From Blepharisma stoltei ATCC 30299 (taxonomy: Eukaryota > Protista > Ciliophora): a stretch of DNA of 64,000 bases. The position numbers were made by a program, and so were the translations under genes. The DNA is taken from NCBI GenBank assembly GCA_965603825.1, contig CBFDEM010000053.1, positions 1 to 64,000 on the forward strand. The letters are read 5' to 3'. Positions 49,670 through 61,195 of this stretch are shown here, one piece after another (the stretch's first letter is position 1; each line of letters opens with the position of its first letter). A model generated the notes under the pieces. It did not search any database, was not told the DNA's origin, and saw only the letters and a program-made list of their open reading frames with translations.

Positions 49670-50090
49670 TGTGATAATGGATAATAAAAGATATAAACTA
49701 GCCTCTTAGAAAATGACTTTAAAAACAGAAATCAGAATACCTAAAAAATTAAAATAAAATGTTCTTAAGCAGGCCTTAATTTTAAATGTAAAAATCACAA
49801 AAATAATGAAATTATGTTATTCTTTAAACTCTATTCTAATAGCCAACAGTTTCAGGTAAGATGTCTGTTGTTGCTTTTTATTTTTGGGTATTTTCTAATT
49901 AAATCCCCAAAATTCACAGATTTTTTCTTTTTTGCATTCCCGGCGTAATCCTATATTTAAAAATTTTTCAAAAATTCAAAATAATTTCCTTTTCTCCTAA
50001 AATCCTTATTTTTCTCTCCTCTCATATAAAGACGCGCTTGATTAGTGGACTAATCCTAAAGATGGCAATAATTTATGGAATCTGTGAAGG

Positions 50091-53000
50091 ATGAAGAATC
50101 ATCAGATGAATAAAGAGGGTTTATCCCCTCTCTTATTTAAAGCACCCATTTCCTGCAACCAACATAAAGATGCAGACGAAGATTCTCTTCTGCTAAGCAT
50201 AGAGCCATACTCTTACAAACAGTCAAAAGCCTTGACGTTCTGGATTTTCTCACTTTTATCTGGAGGTCTTTTATACCTCTTCGATTTTTGGTTTCTCCGC
50301 CTGCACCTTCACTTGCGCTATTCTAAAGCTCCAATCTCCCAAGCTTCACATTTGCTCATTAAAACCAAGTATTTCGTTGATCTGGTCAGAATCGAATACA
50401 AAAATTCGCAATCCTTGGGCAAAGTTTTGACGTTCAGCCACCACCACCTTTCGTATTACTACGACGGTGACCTTTTCCAGCCCATTTTCTTCGATTCCGC
50501 TTTACATTATAAGAGTTTGATAGACCGGTTTGGACAAGGCATTAGGAATCCTGAAGAAGTTCTAGAAAAAAAAGGAATTTTTGGACCATGCCAAATTAAC
50601 GTCCCAGTCAAGCCTATTATGAAGCTGCTGGTAGAAGAGCTGCTTCATCCTTTTAACATTTTCCAGATTTGGAGCTGCGTTGTCTGGTACTGAGAAGACT
50701 ACTGGTATTATGCCTCAGCCATCGTCGTGATTACTTTGATATCATTGGGCACCTCATTGGTACAGACCAGGAAAAGCATGGACTCTCTCCATAAATTAGC
50801 CCTCAGGGAAAGAAAAATTACTGTGATAAGGGACAATCTCAAGCAAGAGGTTTCGAATACAGAACTAGTACCTGGAGATCTGGTGGAAATTCCTGAAGGC
50901 GGAGAAATCCCTTGTGATATTGTGCTTATATCAGGTGGCTGCATTATGGAAGAAGGAATGCTGACGGGAGAGTCAGTCCCAGTCATGAAAGACGCACTTC
51001 CTTATTTAGCTGAGCCGGTCTATAGTATAGAGCATGATAAGAGGCATTCTTTATATGAAGGGACAAGAGTGATCCAGACTCGCAACTTTGGAGGCGCAGA
51101 AACACTAGGAATAGTGACAAGGACTGGATTTTTGACTATGAAAGGAAAACTGGTGAGGTCCATTTTATTCCCAAAGCCAAACAAGTTCAAGTTTTATCAA
51201 GACTCAATGAAATTCATTGCAGTCCTCATCATTTTTACCTTTATTGGCTTTTTCTTGTGTCTCCCGTTCCAAATAAGCCAAGAGGTCCCAACTGAAGAGC
51301 TGATTAAGCGATGCTTAGATTTAATTACAGTCACCATTCCTCCAGCATTGCCAGCAGCAATGACTGTTGGCACTGCATTCGCTATCACCCGCTTAAGAAA
51401 AGATAAAATCTACTGCACCTCTCCTCCACGTGTAAACGTCGCTGGCAAAATTGACACTTTTTGTTTCGATAAAACAGGGACTTTGACTGAAGACGGGATG
51501 AATTTGCTTGGTGTTCACCCCGCCTCCAGCAAGCAAATGGATAATTTTTCACCAAGCCCTAAAGAAATAGAAAACTCGCACAAAGAACTCATAGAATGCA
51601 TGGCTTGCTGCCATTCATTGACAACAGTTAATGGTGAGCTCTTAGGAGACACCCAAGACCTGATGATATTTAACAGCACCAAGTGGTTCCTGAGCGAGAA
51701 TGACCTCTATGACCCTGCCATAAAAGCTATAGTCAAGCCTAGCACCTCTGAAGAAATTTCAGATGTCTTTGATGAAGAAGGCAACGTGATGGGGATCATA
51801 AACCTCCCTTACGAAATCGGCATCCTTCACATCTTCCACTTTAGTTCCAAGCTGAAAAGGATGGGCGTGATAGTGAAGAATCTAAAAGATGATTCTTTTG
51901 CCTTTTTTATGAAGGGAGCTCCTGAAGTCGTGCTGGAAAAGTGCCATGAGTCAACCATCCCAAATAACCTTAAAGAAGTCCTGGCTGAATACACTAAAAA
52001 AGGGTATAGGGTTTTAGCTTGTGCTTCTAAGAAGATCCCATCTATAAAATATACAGAGCTGAGGTCGCTTAAATTAGAAGAAATTGAAAATGATATAGAA
52101 TTTTTAGGGTTTTTGGTACTCCAAAATAAGCTGAAATCGCAAACTATCCCTTCGATTCGTGATTTGCACAATGCAAACATAAGGACAATCATGGCAACAG
52201 GGGATGCAGTCCTTACAGGGATATGTGTAGCAAGGGAGTGCGGAATTTTGGATGAAGATATCACGGTTTTTCTTGGAGAAATGAATAAGGGTGAAATTTG
52301 GTGGGAAAAATTCCAAGTCAGCAACTCTACAGAAATCGAAACCAAAAATGAAGCTCCATGAAAGTCACTGGGATTTGAAGCAAACTATGCCCTCGCCCTC
52401 ACAGGCTCCGCATTTGCACATATAATAAAGCAAACCGAAAGTGAACGTAAAGAGGACATAATCTCCTTAAAAATCGTCATGGAAAAATGCAAAGTATACG
52501 CCAGGATGTCCCCAGAGCACAAAACACAACTTGTCGAGCACTTGCAAAGCATCGGATACCTTGTCGGCATGTGTGGGGATGGCGCCAACGACTGCGGAGC
52601 TTTAAAAGCAGCTGATATTGGCATTTCGCTGAGTGAAAGTGATAGTTCGATTGCTGCACCTTTTACAAGCCAAATCGCAAATATTTCATGTGTAAATACT
52701 GTTCTAAGGGAAGGGAGATGCGCGCTTACCACCTCTTTGCAGTGCTTTAAGTTTATGGCGCTTTACTCCATGATCCAGTTCATTACAGTCAGCATGCTCT
52801 ATTGGTCAGGTAGTAATTTGAGTGATTCTCAGTATATGACTGTGGATTTGCTTACAGTGCTGCCTCTTGCTATTTGCATGAGCTACACAAAAAGTTACCC
52901 GAAATTAAGCAAAAGGCAGCCAACAGCTTCTTTAATATCAGTTCCAGTCCTCACTTCAGTGATCGGACAAGCTGTCATTGCAGGAGCTACACAGATAACT

Positions 53001-53462
53001 GCCTTTTTGATATCCCGAGAAATGCCTTTTTGGGAGTCAATTGATTATAAGCCTGGCACCTCAGTTCTTGACTATGAGTACTCTTATGAGAACTCGGTGC
53101 TCTTTTTGGTCTCCTGGTTTGAGTATCAGTTTGTGTCACTTGCCTTTTCGATAGGGAAGCCTTGGAAGAAGTCTATGTGGACTAATTTCTGGCTGAGCTC
53201 CACCACTGTGATTTTGTCGGCTTGGACACTTTATGAGATTTTGATTCCTGCTGACTGGGCTCGGCATCTTGTGAATGTAAGAGATATTTAGATTAAAGCT
53301 TTCCCATTTTACTTTAGAATAGCCCTGCTTTCTATTTGTCTGGCATATGGATTGATTGTATTGTCGTTTGAAAAATTCATAGTGCCGTGGATTGATATAG
53401 TGAATAGAAAGCGCGCGAATAAAAAGAAATATGATGCTAAAGTTAAAGATCTTTCTCAGTAA
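50091..53462 (+). CDS. P5B-type ATPase (ATP13A2/ATP13A3/Ypk9 class), ~1118 aa; exact start uncertain
   Basis: LTGES, PPALP (P5B signature), FDKTGTLT, KGAPE, TGD and MCGDGANDCGALKAAD motifs. TGA=Trp at 50691 and 52359; intron at 53277-53291; TAA at 53460-53462. Confidence 0.95.
53277..53291 (+). other. 15-nt intron GTAAGAGATATTTAG
   Basis: GTAA...TAG with A at -6. Removal deletes an in-frame TAG and restores the last TM helix (FPFYFRIALLSICLAYGLIVLSFEKF). Confidence 0.88.
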
Positions 53463-53897
53463 TAATTTTGTAAAAATCATAATAAGATATGTGCCATGAG
53501 TCAGTTTAATAAAAGCGATCTTTGATTTATAAATTTATTGTAAGAGCAAAAGTGGAAAGCAAAGAAGAACAATAGAGTAATTTATACTAGATAAGTTAGA
53601 AACCTAATAGAACAAATTCAGACGCTACTTTCAACAGAACCCTATACATTTGTTTCTGAAATGAAGATCCTAAAAATAATCGTAATTGAAGATGTGGAGT
53701 GTAGGAACGCTTATCATTGCATAAAAGAAAATCATGAGCTATATCATAAGTTTTGCAAGAGAGGTGCTCTATATAAACCTAATAATTTTCAATTCATACA
53801 GAGAAATTTAAATTGGCTGTTTCTTTTACTCTCTATTAATTTTGCCAATACATGTCTAGACATTTTTTCAGGTAGAATTCCCAGTTTATAAAGCTAT

Positions 53898-56288
53898 ATG
53901 ATTTTGCCAATAAACTTTCCTCAGAGCTCAATCAACTGTGGTCAAGAAGACGGTCAGAGCTTTTTGCCTATGGAGAACAACACAACTATATTTAATCTTG
54001 ATACAAGCGAATCGCCAATAGTCATCCCTCAAATCCAGCCCAAACGCAGGCTGCAAGAAAAAATGATCAGTTTCCTAGAATCAAATTCTTTACTAGCATT
54101 TATGACAATAATAACAATATATGCTCTTTTCGGTGACGATATTCGACTCGCTGCATTTTCTAAAGACGAAGACGATATCTTTTTTTCACTCGCTACAGTC
54201 TGTTTTGCTCTTTTCTCGATCGAACTGATTTTAAGCTGCCTTTATAAGCCAGACTACATTTTTTCTATGTATTTTTTGCTTGATCTGCTTTCGACGCTAT
54301 CTTTAATTACTGATATTGGGTGGATTTATGAAAGCATGATTGGAGTCGATTCAAATTCTTCAAAAAATGCATCAAATATACAAAATGCGTCAAAAATTTC
54401 ACGGGCTGGGACGAGAACGACGAAATATGTAAGAATTATAAGGCTGGTGAGGCTACTAAGAGTTGTAAAGCTGTATAAAAATGCGAATGTAGCAATAACG
54501 AAAACAGGAACAGAAGAGATAGAAGCAGCTGTGATACCAAAAGAGTCACAGGTTGGAAAAAGATTTAGCGATTTGACTATAAAACGAGTCATTATTATAG
54601 TGCTATTAATGCTTTTTATCCTCCCATTTTTCGATACAGATTTTTACGACTCAGACCCCACAAGCTGGAACTTCGGCCTCGACGAAGTCATTGCTTTTGA
54701 AGGCAGACGTGGCTTTTGAGGCGTTGTTGAAGAGTACTGAAATTACCACGTAAATGACACTCGTCCTATCATATATTTATATTTAGAATTTTCCAACGGT
54801 ACAAATTACACGCGAGAAGGAGATGCTGATTATACCAATCTCAGGTACAACGAGTTCGAGACTTCAGGTAACGACAGCTCCTTTTCTGTTTTTGACATCA
54901 GAGCTGACACCAGGCTTGCTGCTATCTTAAACATTTGCCAAACCATCTTTATTTGCTTTGTTTTCACAGTCGCTGTGTTTTATTTTACAAAAGACACCAC
55001 AAATCTTGTGATTGCTCCAATTGAAAAAATGGTCCAAAGAGTCACAGAAATCGCAAAAAACCCAATATCTGCTTATAAAAAGAAAGATATTGATAAAGGC
55101 AAAAAGAAAAAATTCTGCTTTTGTTTTTCGTTAGGGACAGGAGAAAATGGAAAATATGAAGCTGCATTATTAGAAGACACCATGAATAAAATAGGTGCAT
55201 TGCTGGCCTTAGGATTTGGAGAAGCTGGGGCTTCTATAATATCTTCAAATATGGAAACTGGAGACTTGCAGTTCAAAAAAGGAAGCAGAATTGTGGCAAT
55301 TTTTGGGTTCTGTGATATCAGAAATTTCATTGATACCACAGAAGTCTTACAAGAAAAGGCCATGATATTTGTTAATGAAATAGCAAAAATTGTGCATAGG
55401 ACAATTGATGTATATCAGGGAGCTGCTAATAAAAATATTGGCGACTCTTTTCTCATTGTATGAAAATTCAAGCCAAAAGATTTTTCTATCAGCAGCAATA
55501 ATATAATCCGAAGAAATTCTTCATCTAGAAAGGCTGAATATTTGCCAGATTTAGCCCTTTTGGCATTTTTAAAAATTCTTGCAAAAATAAATAAAGATTC
55601 GTCAATTTTGAAGTACCGACAAAGTGAAGGTTTAAACAAAAAAATGAAAAACTTTGAGGTCAAAATGGGGTTTGGGCTGAATTTCGGTTGGGCAATTGAA
55701 GGGGCGATAGGCAGCAAGTTCAAAATTGATGCAAGCTATCTGTCTCCCCATGTAAACCTTGCGTCAAGACTTGAAGCTGCCACAAAACAATATGGAGTTC
55801 CATTAATATTAAGTGGCGCCTTATATGACTTATTTTCCCCTGCAGTAAAAGCTTTTTGCCGCCACATCGATACGGTGACTATAAAAGGAAGCAATACACC
55901 CATAAGAATTTATACTAGCGACTGCGATTTCTCTGAGCTATCCCCTTCAAGATCAAAGCCAAAAACCAAAGAAAATTCAAATTTGAAGCGAAAAGCGTTA
56001 AAAAAGAAGCTGGAAGATAGGTCTTGGAATCCTATTGATAGCTTTTCTGAGTCAAGATCAGTAACAATAATGAGGAGAAGCTTCAAAAAAGAATTTTTCG
56101 AGACTTTTGAATCTGGCTTCACACTTTACCTTGCTAAGGATTGAAGATCTGCATATGGGAAATTCGAAAAGTGCTTGAAAATGAAGCCAAAGGATGGCCC
56201 GTCTCTAAGACTGCTAGAATTTATCAGTGGAAATGGTTTTCAGCCTTCTCCGAGTTGGGAAGGTTACAGAGCCCTAAATGATAAATAA
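53898..56288 (+). CDS. Ion-channel-domain (voltage-sensor) adenylyl cyclase, alveolate type, ~796 aa
   Basis: S4-like RIIRLVRLLRVVKLYK; class III cyclase motifs FGFCDIRNF, NKNIGDSFL and GWAIEGAIGSKFKIDASYLSPHVNLASRLEAATKQYGV. ORFs joined by TGA; TAA at 56286-56288. Confidence 0.93.
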
Positions 56289-56326
56289 TATATAAAAATG
56301 TATTTTGAAATTAAAATATATTCAAC

Positions 56327-57055
56327 ATGGAAAGTAATCTCAAACGCTCATTTAGCTCCAAACTTTCCCAGAAAAGCAAAAGATGCAAATACTGCAACAC
56401 AAAGGCGAAGCATTGCTGCAAAATCTGTGAAAACAAGGCATGCAACTTCCATTGCTATAAGCGGTTTTTGGATGGCAAGCAATGATATATATGTGACCAC
56501 TGTCATTATTATGACGTAAAAGAAGTCATTGAAAAGCAAAATGAAGACGACATGACGTCTTCTCTTGTAGCACTCAGAGGCTTAATAGTAGATAATGCAA
56601 GGCTTGAAGATGAAATTGAAGAAAATAATATAAAAGCTAATAGGATTTTGGAAAAATTGTCAGCGAGCGAAGCGAGCTACAAAGAAAGCTCTGAAAGCAA
56701 AAGTCACATGTTGAGCATTGAAAAGGTGAATAATGAACAGCTAAGTGAGACTTATTTCGCTTACCAAAGCGCTTTGCGAGAAAAGAAGCGAGGAAATGAG
56801 ACGTTAAAAGAGAAGCTCCAAAAGAAGATGATAGAGATCAACCAGATAAAAATGGAAGTTGACCAGCTCAAAGGCCAAGAAAGCCAATTTACCAATCACA
56901 TTTCAAGCTTGGCTGAGCAGTCCCAATCTTGCATTTATAGTGATAAGCTTGAAGAAATTCTGTGCCAAAAATGCCAAATAAGAGTATTCGGCAGATCTTT
57001 TCTTATACAGGAGCCTAAAAAGCCCTCACCTTCATGCAACTGCATGATAGCATAG
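56327..57055 (+). CDS. ~242-aa protein: N-terminal Cys-rich zinc finger, coiled coil, C-terminal CaaX (CMIA)
   Basis: ATG 56327 is in frame with ORF 56552 through one TGA; CKYC...CKIC...CNFHC...CDHC; ends CNCMIA*. Confidence 0.8.
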
Positions 57056-57110
57056 CTTGCTCTTTATATATACATTTTAACATTAAGACAATTATCAGTT
57101 AAATTAATAA

Positions 57111-58124
57111 ATGACAGACAAAGAGCTGAGGATCGCAAAAATCACAAAAAACCACCACAAATCTATATCAAAACGAAAAGAAATCCTGGAAACCTATAAA
57201 AAAATTCTATCAGATTTAGAGCACACTCTTCATAACGAGCTAGCATTAAATCGGCAGCATGGGACTTCTATAAGTTTGCAAGAAAACAGTGAAAAAACCC
57301 GAGAAGAATTAAGAGACCAAATAATTAGGCATCATTTCGAAATGCTAAAGCTGCAGATCAAGGAGAAAGAAGCTCAGAAAAAAGAAGAAAAATTGGAGAT
57401 GTCGCCTAAAAGACATAGGAAACATGAGGAGAAAAGAGAAAAATCAAATGAAAAATCGAAGCAAAAAAATACAGAAAATGAGCGGAAGCAAGAAGAAGGG
57501 AAAAAAGAAGAGGATAAAAAGGAAGAAGAAAAGACATTAGAAGAAGCAAAGGATAATTCTATAGAAAATACCAAAGCGGAGGGCGATGCAAAGAATGATG
57601 GGCTTAGTGAGCAAGAGCTTGATCTGATAAAGCAGGATGAACATCTGATGGATGTAATTAAAAGGTATGAAAAGACTTTTGGAAGGATCAAAGATCTCGA
57701 TAGAGATTCTCTTAGGTCTTCCAAGAAATCGAGTGATTACTCCAGCGTAATTTCGTATGAGTCAAGGCCTCGCTCCAAATCTTCGTACTCTAATGTTTCA
57801 ACCCAAAGTCAGAAAGATGCACTTGAACGTCTTGAAAAGCTTCGTTTAGAAGAAGAAAAAATAAAAAAAGAAAAAGAAGACCTTCTTCAGTTTCTTGAGA
57901 CCAGATCCAACCGTTCCCAAGCATCTTCTCGAATGACAACTGTATCATCGTTATTCCAATCACGCCCACAATCATCAATTGAAATCCCTCAAAGAAGACC
58001 AATCACCCAGGCTTCAATTCTTCAAAAGCCAACACCAAAGTCTGCACAGCCCACCCCAGTGAAAGACCCAGTTAGATCCCTTGTTATAAAAGATCCTGTA
58101 AGCGAGCTTATAAAAAATCTTTAA
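57111..58124 (+). CDS. 337-aa charged coiled-coil protein of unknown function
   Basis: Intact ATG..TAA ORF, E/K-rich. Confidence 0.8.
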   Translation: MTDKELRIAKITKNHHKSISKRKEILETYKKILSDLEHTLHNELALNRQHGTSISLQENSEKTREELRDQIIRHHFEMLKLQIKEKEAQKKEEKLEMSPKRHRKHEEKREKSNEKSKQKNTENERKQEEGKKEEDKKEEEKTLEEAKDNSIENTKAEGDAKNDGLSEQELDLIKQDEHLMDVIKRYEKTFGRIKDLDRDSLRSSKKSSDYSSVISYESRPRSKSSYSNVSTQSQKDALERLEKLRLEEEKIKKEKEDLLQFLETRSNRSQASSRMTTVSSLFQSRPQSSIEIPQRRPITQASILQKPTPKSAQPTPVKDPVRSLVIKDPVSELIKNL

Positions 58125-58132
58125 TAATTATA

Positions 58133-58720
58133 ATGATAATTTTCTTATTGATTTTTACAGCTTTTAGCTATGAAATTAAGATAGCTGGAAAAACAGCTGC
58201 GTGCCTAATAAAGACTTTGCCAAGGGGATCAGTATATGCAGGAGAATGCGGAACAAAGCTATGGAGGCCTGACTTGAAGTATTTATCAGTTCAAGTTATT
58301 AATACACGTAGCCAATATACATATACAAGTGTGCATACAAACTCTGCGAAATTTAAAATAAACACTGATGAAGCTGGGCCTTACTCAATTTGTGTCACAA
58401 ATACAGCAGACTGGGAGTTTGACATAGTTTTCAAATTGACACAAGAATCTTCGAATAATGGTCCTGGCCTAGTTGGTTATGAACTTCCCATAAACGCTAC
58501 AGAATTTCGTATGATTAATCAGCCTAATGGGAATTTTCAAATACACAATGAACTCAAAGATATTTATGACAAGGTAAGAGAAGAAAGAGAAAAAGCCAAC
58601 ATAAAGGAAAAGGACTATACCGAAATCCTTTGGTCAGTCCTTATCTTTGGGCTGCTTGGGGTCATTGTTTGCTCTTATCTTACAAAAGATGTGGTGGTAG
58701 AGGAAAAAAAATCAATTTAA
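58133..58720 (+). CDS. p24/emp24/GOLD-domain-like type I membrane protein (195 aa)
   Basis: Signal peptide, GOLD-like C...F.I.TDEAGPYSICVTN, coiled segment, C-terminal TM and KKSI dilysine tail. Confidence 0.75.
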   Translation: MIIFLLIFTAFSYEIKIAGKTAACLIKTLPRGSVYAGECGTKLWRPDLKYLSVQVINTRSQYTYTSVHTNSAKFKINTDEAGPYSICVTNTADWEFDIVFKLTQESSNNGPGLVGYELPINATEFRMINQPNGNFQIHNELKDIYDKVREEREKANIKEKDYTEILWSVLIFGLLGVIVCSYLTKDVVVEEKKSI

Positions 58721-58744
58721 TAATTCTTAATCGTATACAGCAAA

Positions 58745-59695
58745 CTAATTTGCATTATTTTGCCTCGTCTTTTCTTTTATTTCATTAATAAAATTCCATT
58801 CAAAATCCAAGTTTCCTTTTTCTTCTTCGATCAGGATCTTTATACAGTCAAAAATTAAAACGGTGACTTCTGTGTCTTTGCAGATGTCAGCAAAAACGCT
58901 TAGGACGATTCCGTGGAAATCTTTTGCGTAGGGGACTCTTTTCTTGCCCCAAAACGCTAGTTTTATTAGTGACAACGCATTTTTACGAGCTTCTTTGACA
59001 TAAAGCATCCTAATCAAGCTCATTGTGTGATAAGAGCCGTTATCTGAGTGCAAAAGATTTCTTATGGTTTTCCATGATTTTTTATAATGAAAGCATGTGC
59101 ATAACGCCTGCATCGCTTTTTCGCTCCATATTCTTGCCCCAATCATGACGATATGGGAAATAAAATGCAGAGCAGTTGTTTTATATTCGTCCTAAGTTGC
59201 CATTACTTTGCAATCAAGCAAGCAGATTTCGGAAATTCTGTCAATAAAGCAATTGATTTCTGAAGCTTCAATTAAATGGGTGCTGAATATTTTTTACTTA
59301 TTAGTAATGATATCGAGCAGCAATAACACAAATTTCCGTTTCGTCATATACTGTTGGGTCCATTCAATAAAAAGTGCTGCCAGTTCTTCACTTTTGTCAA
59401 TTTTAACCACTTTTACTAAATCGTGGAACAGCTAAGTAGCTTTTACATTAATTTTTTCAGAAAATCTGAGCCCAGGGTTTCTGAGTAGCGCAATTATTAC
59501 TTCTTCATCACTATCTAATGAAAATTTATAATGACGCATAGGTACAGATGCTGGTGACTTTTCATCCGCTATATTTCGCTCATATACAATTTCTTGTGAA
59601 TCTTCTATTGGAGACACGTCCTTGTACTTTTCAGCCAAGTATTTAAACATTTTTGGACTTGTATTGGATCGTTTTCTTGCCCTGAAGAAAAACAT
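58745..59695 (-). CDS. ~301-aa helical protein of unknown function with three 15-nt introns
   Basis: Track ORFs 59432-59695 and 58745-59146 join into one frame after removing introns 59432-59446, 59283-59297 and 59192-59206. Confidence 0.82.
59192..59206 (-). other. 15-nt intron GTAATGGCAACTTAG
   Basis: GTAA...TAG with A at -6 and an in-frame TAG. Confidence 0.85.
59283..59297 (-). other. 15-nt intron GTAAAAAATATTCAG
   Basis: GTAA...CAG with A at -6; phase 2, contains an in-frame TAA. Confidence 0.85.
59432..59446 (-). other. 15-nt intron GTAAAAGCTACTTAG
   Basis: GTAA...TAG with A at -6 and an in-frame TAG. Confidence 0.85.
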
Positions 59696-59743
59696 TTTTA
59701 AAATTGTATAAGCAAAAGCCCATAAAATTAATGAAGAATTAGG

Positions 59744-60913
59744 TTATCTCTTCTGAGCTATTATATCTTCATATAGTTTGGCATTTCTTTTAAGAATTTC
59801 CTCAAGAGGTCCTAGCATTCTCTTAAATGAATGTCTGTCTAGTGATACACATCTTAAGCGAGAAGTCGCTATTACATTTGCAGCTCTAGGTTCATTTCTT
59901 ATTAGTGCAAGTTCTCCAAAATAGTCTCCAGGCCCATACTGTTTTACTTCTTCAGGAGCCCTTCCTTTTACAATAGTTTTTGTCGCGACAGCTGAGCCTT
60001 CTTCAATTATATAGAACACATCCCCGGCTTCTCCTTCTCTAATAACATGCTCTCCTTCCTCATAATTCACACTAATAAAAGCATCAGCAAGCTGAGACCT
60101 TTCATAAGGATCCATCGACTCCAAAATTTCTACCCTCGACAAAAATGCTTCATAGCGTTCTCTTTTCCTTATTGCTGAGCCTTTTACAATATGATTAAAA
60201 CACTCTCTGTCAAGCGACCATAAAACACAGTCATTTACAGCTAAAATTGTAGCAGCGCGTGGGGCGTTATAAAGTAAAGCAAGCTCCCCAAAGGCTTCTC
60301 CAGGAAAATAGTCTTTTAAATATTTATTCTCTCCGTGGATATTTTTATAGCATTTTAGGGTGCCAGAATCAACGACATAAAGCTCATTTCCGTCGTCTCC
60401 TTGACGAATTACAGTGTCATTGTTTTGGAAAACACGCTCGTCCATGGCGTTGACGACAATTTCTTTTTCTTTTTCGTCCAAGGCACTAAACATAAAAGAA
60501 TGACTGAGCCTTTCAAAAATCCTGGATTTTTGCTCAGGCGTTTTTTCTATGATTCTTGGGACGAAATCTTCTTTTTTGTTCCAGCTGCCGTACACTTCGG
60601 CTGAAACTGCAGCTCTGTGCGATTTTCTTCGGCTTTTTTCTGCTAAATCTTCTTCAATGGCTTCTCCTTCAGAAATTTCACTTTCTTCGCCTTCTGACCC
60701 GACGTTTTGGGCTGATTTTAATCTTGCAACTTCTTGTCTGAGGATTCTAAGCTCTTCTTTTTCAGAAGGCTGATCTTGCATTCCTAAGCGACTCTGGAGT
60801 CATTTAACCATAAAAAGGACTGGATCTTCAGGCTTTGCTTCAATTAAAGAAGCAACGATATCTTGAAGCAAAGGGTTTAGAGTCCGCTGAATGTAATCTT
60901 TATGAGCACTCAT
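59744..60913 (-). CDS. PKAR: cAMP-dependent protein kinase regulatory subunit (~389 aa)
   Basis: True start at 60913 (MSAHKDYIQRTLNPLLQDIVASLIEAKPEDPVLFMVKW, dimerisation/docking domain, W=TGA). Linker RAAVSAE; two cNMP-binding cassettes FGELALLYNAPRAAT and FGELALIRNEPRAAN. Confidence 0.96.
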
Positions 60914-61195
60914 ATTTATTATTGAATTTTTAAATATTTTAAAGTTTTGAGCAAAATCCTTGAAATTAAGAAGTCATTGGGGATCAATTTTACAAAAAAT
61001 TTGCATCTTCAGCTATTGTAACAAAAATCAGGATATTGAGAAACATGATATTAAGAATTATGGGAGATAAATTGTAGGTGATGGAAAGTTAACGTTATTA
61101 TATATTTATTGTCAAAGCATTTATTGATTTTTTTACTTTAAGATATTTTTCGCAAATAATCCAGTTTTTTTTGGCGATTTCCGTGCGATATATAA

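Noticed and set aside
53661-53891. 76-aa ORF in frame with the adenylyl cyclase as an upstream exon
   Set aside because: It ends in TAA, no 15-16 nt GT..AG intron removes that stop, and it has no recognisable motif.
4681-60913. Fragmented ORFs read as pseudogenes, selenoproteins or many small genes
   Set aside because: The fragments share a frame and are separated by TGA at positions where Trp is expected (e.g. WDTAGQE), or by 15-nt introns. This reflects the genetic code, not decay or Sec insertion.
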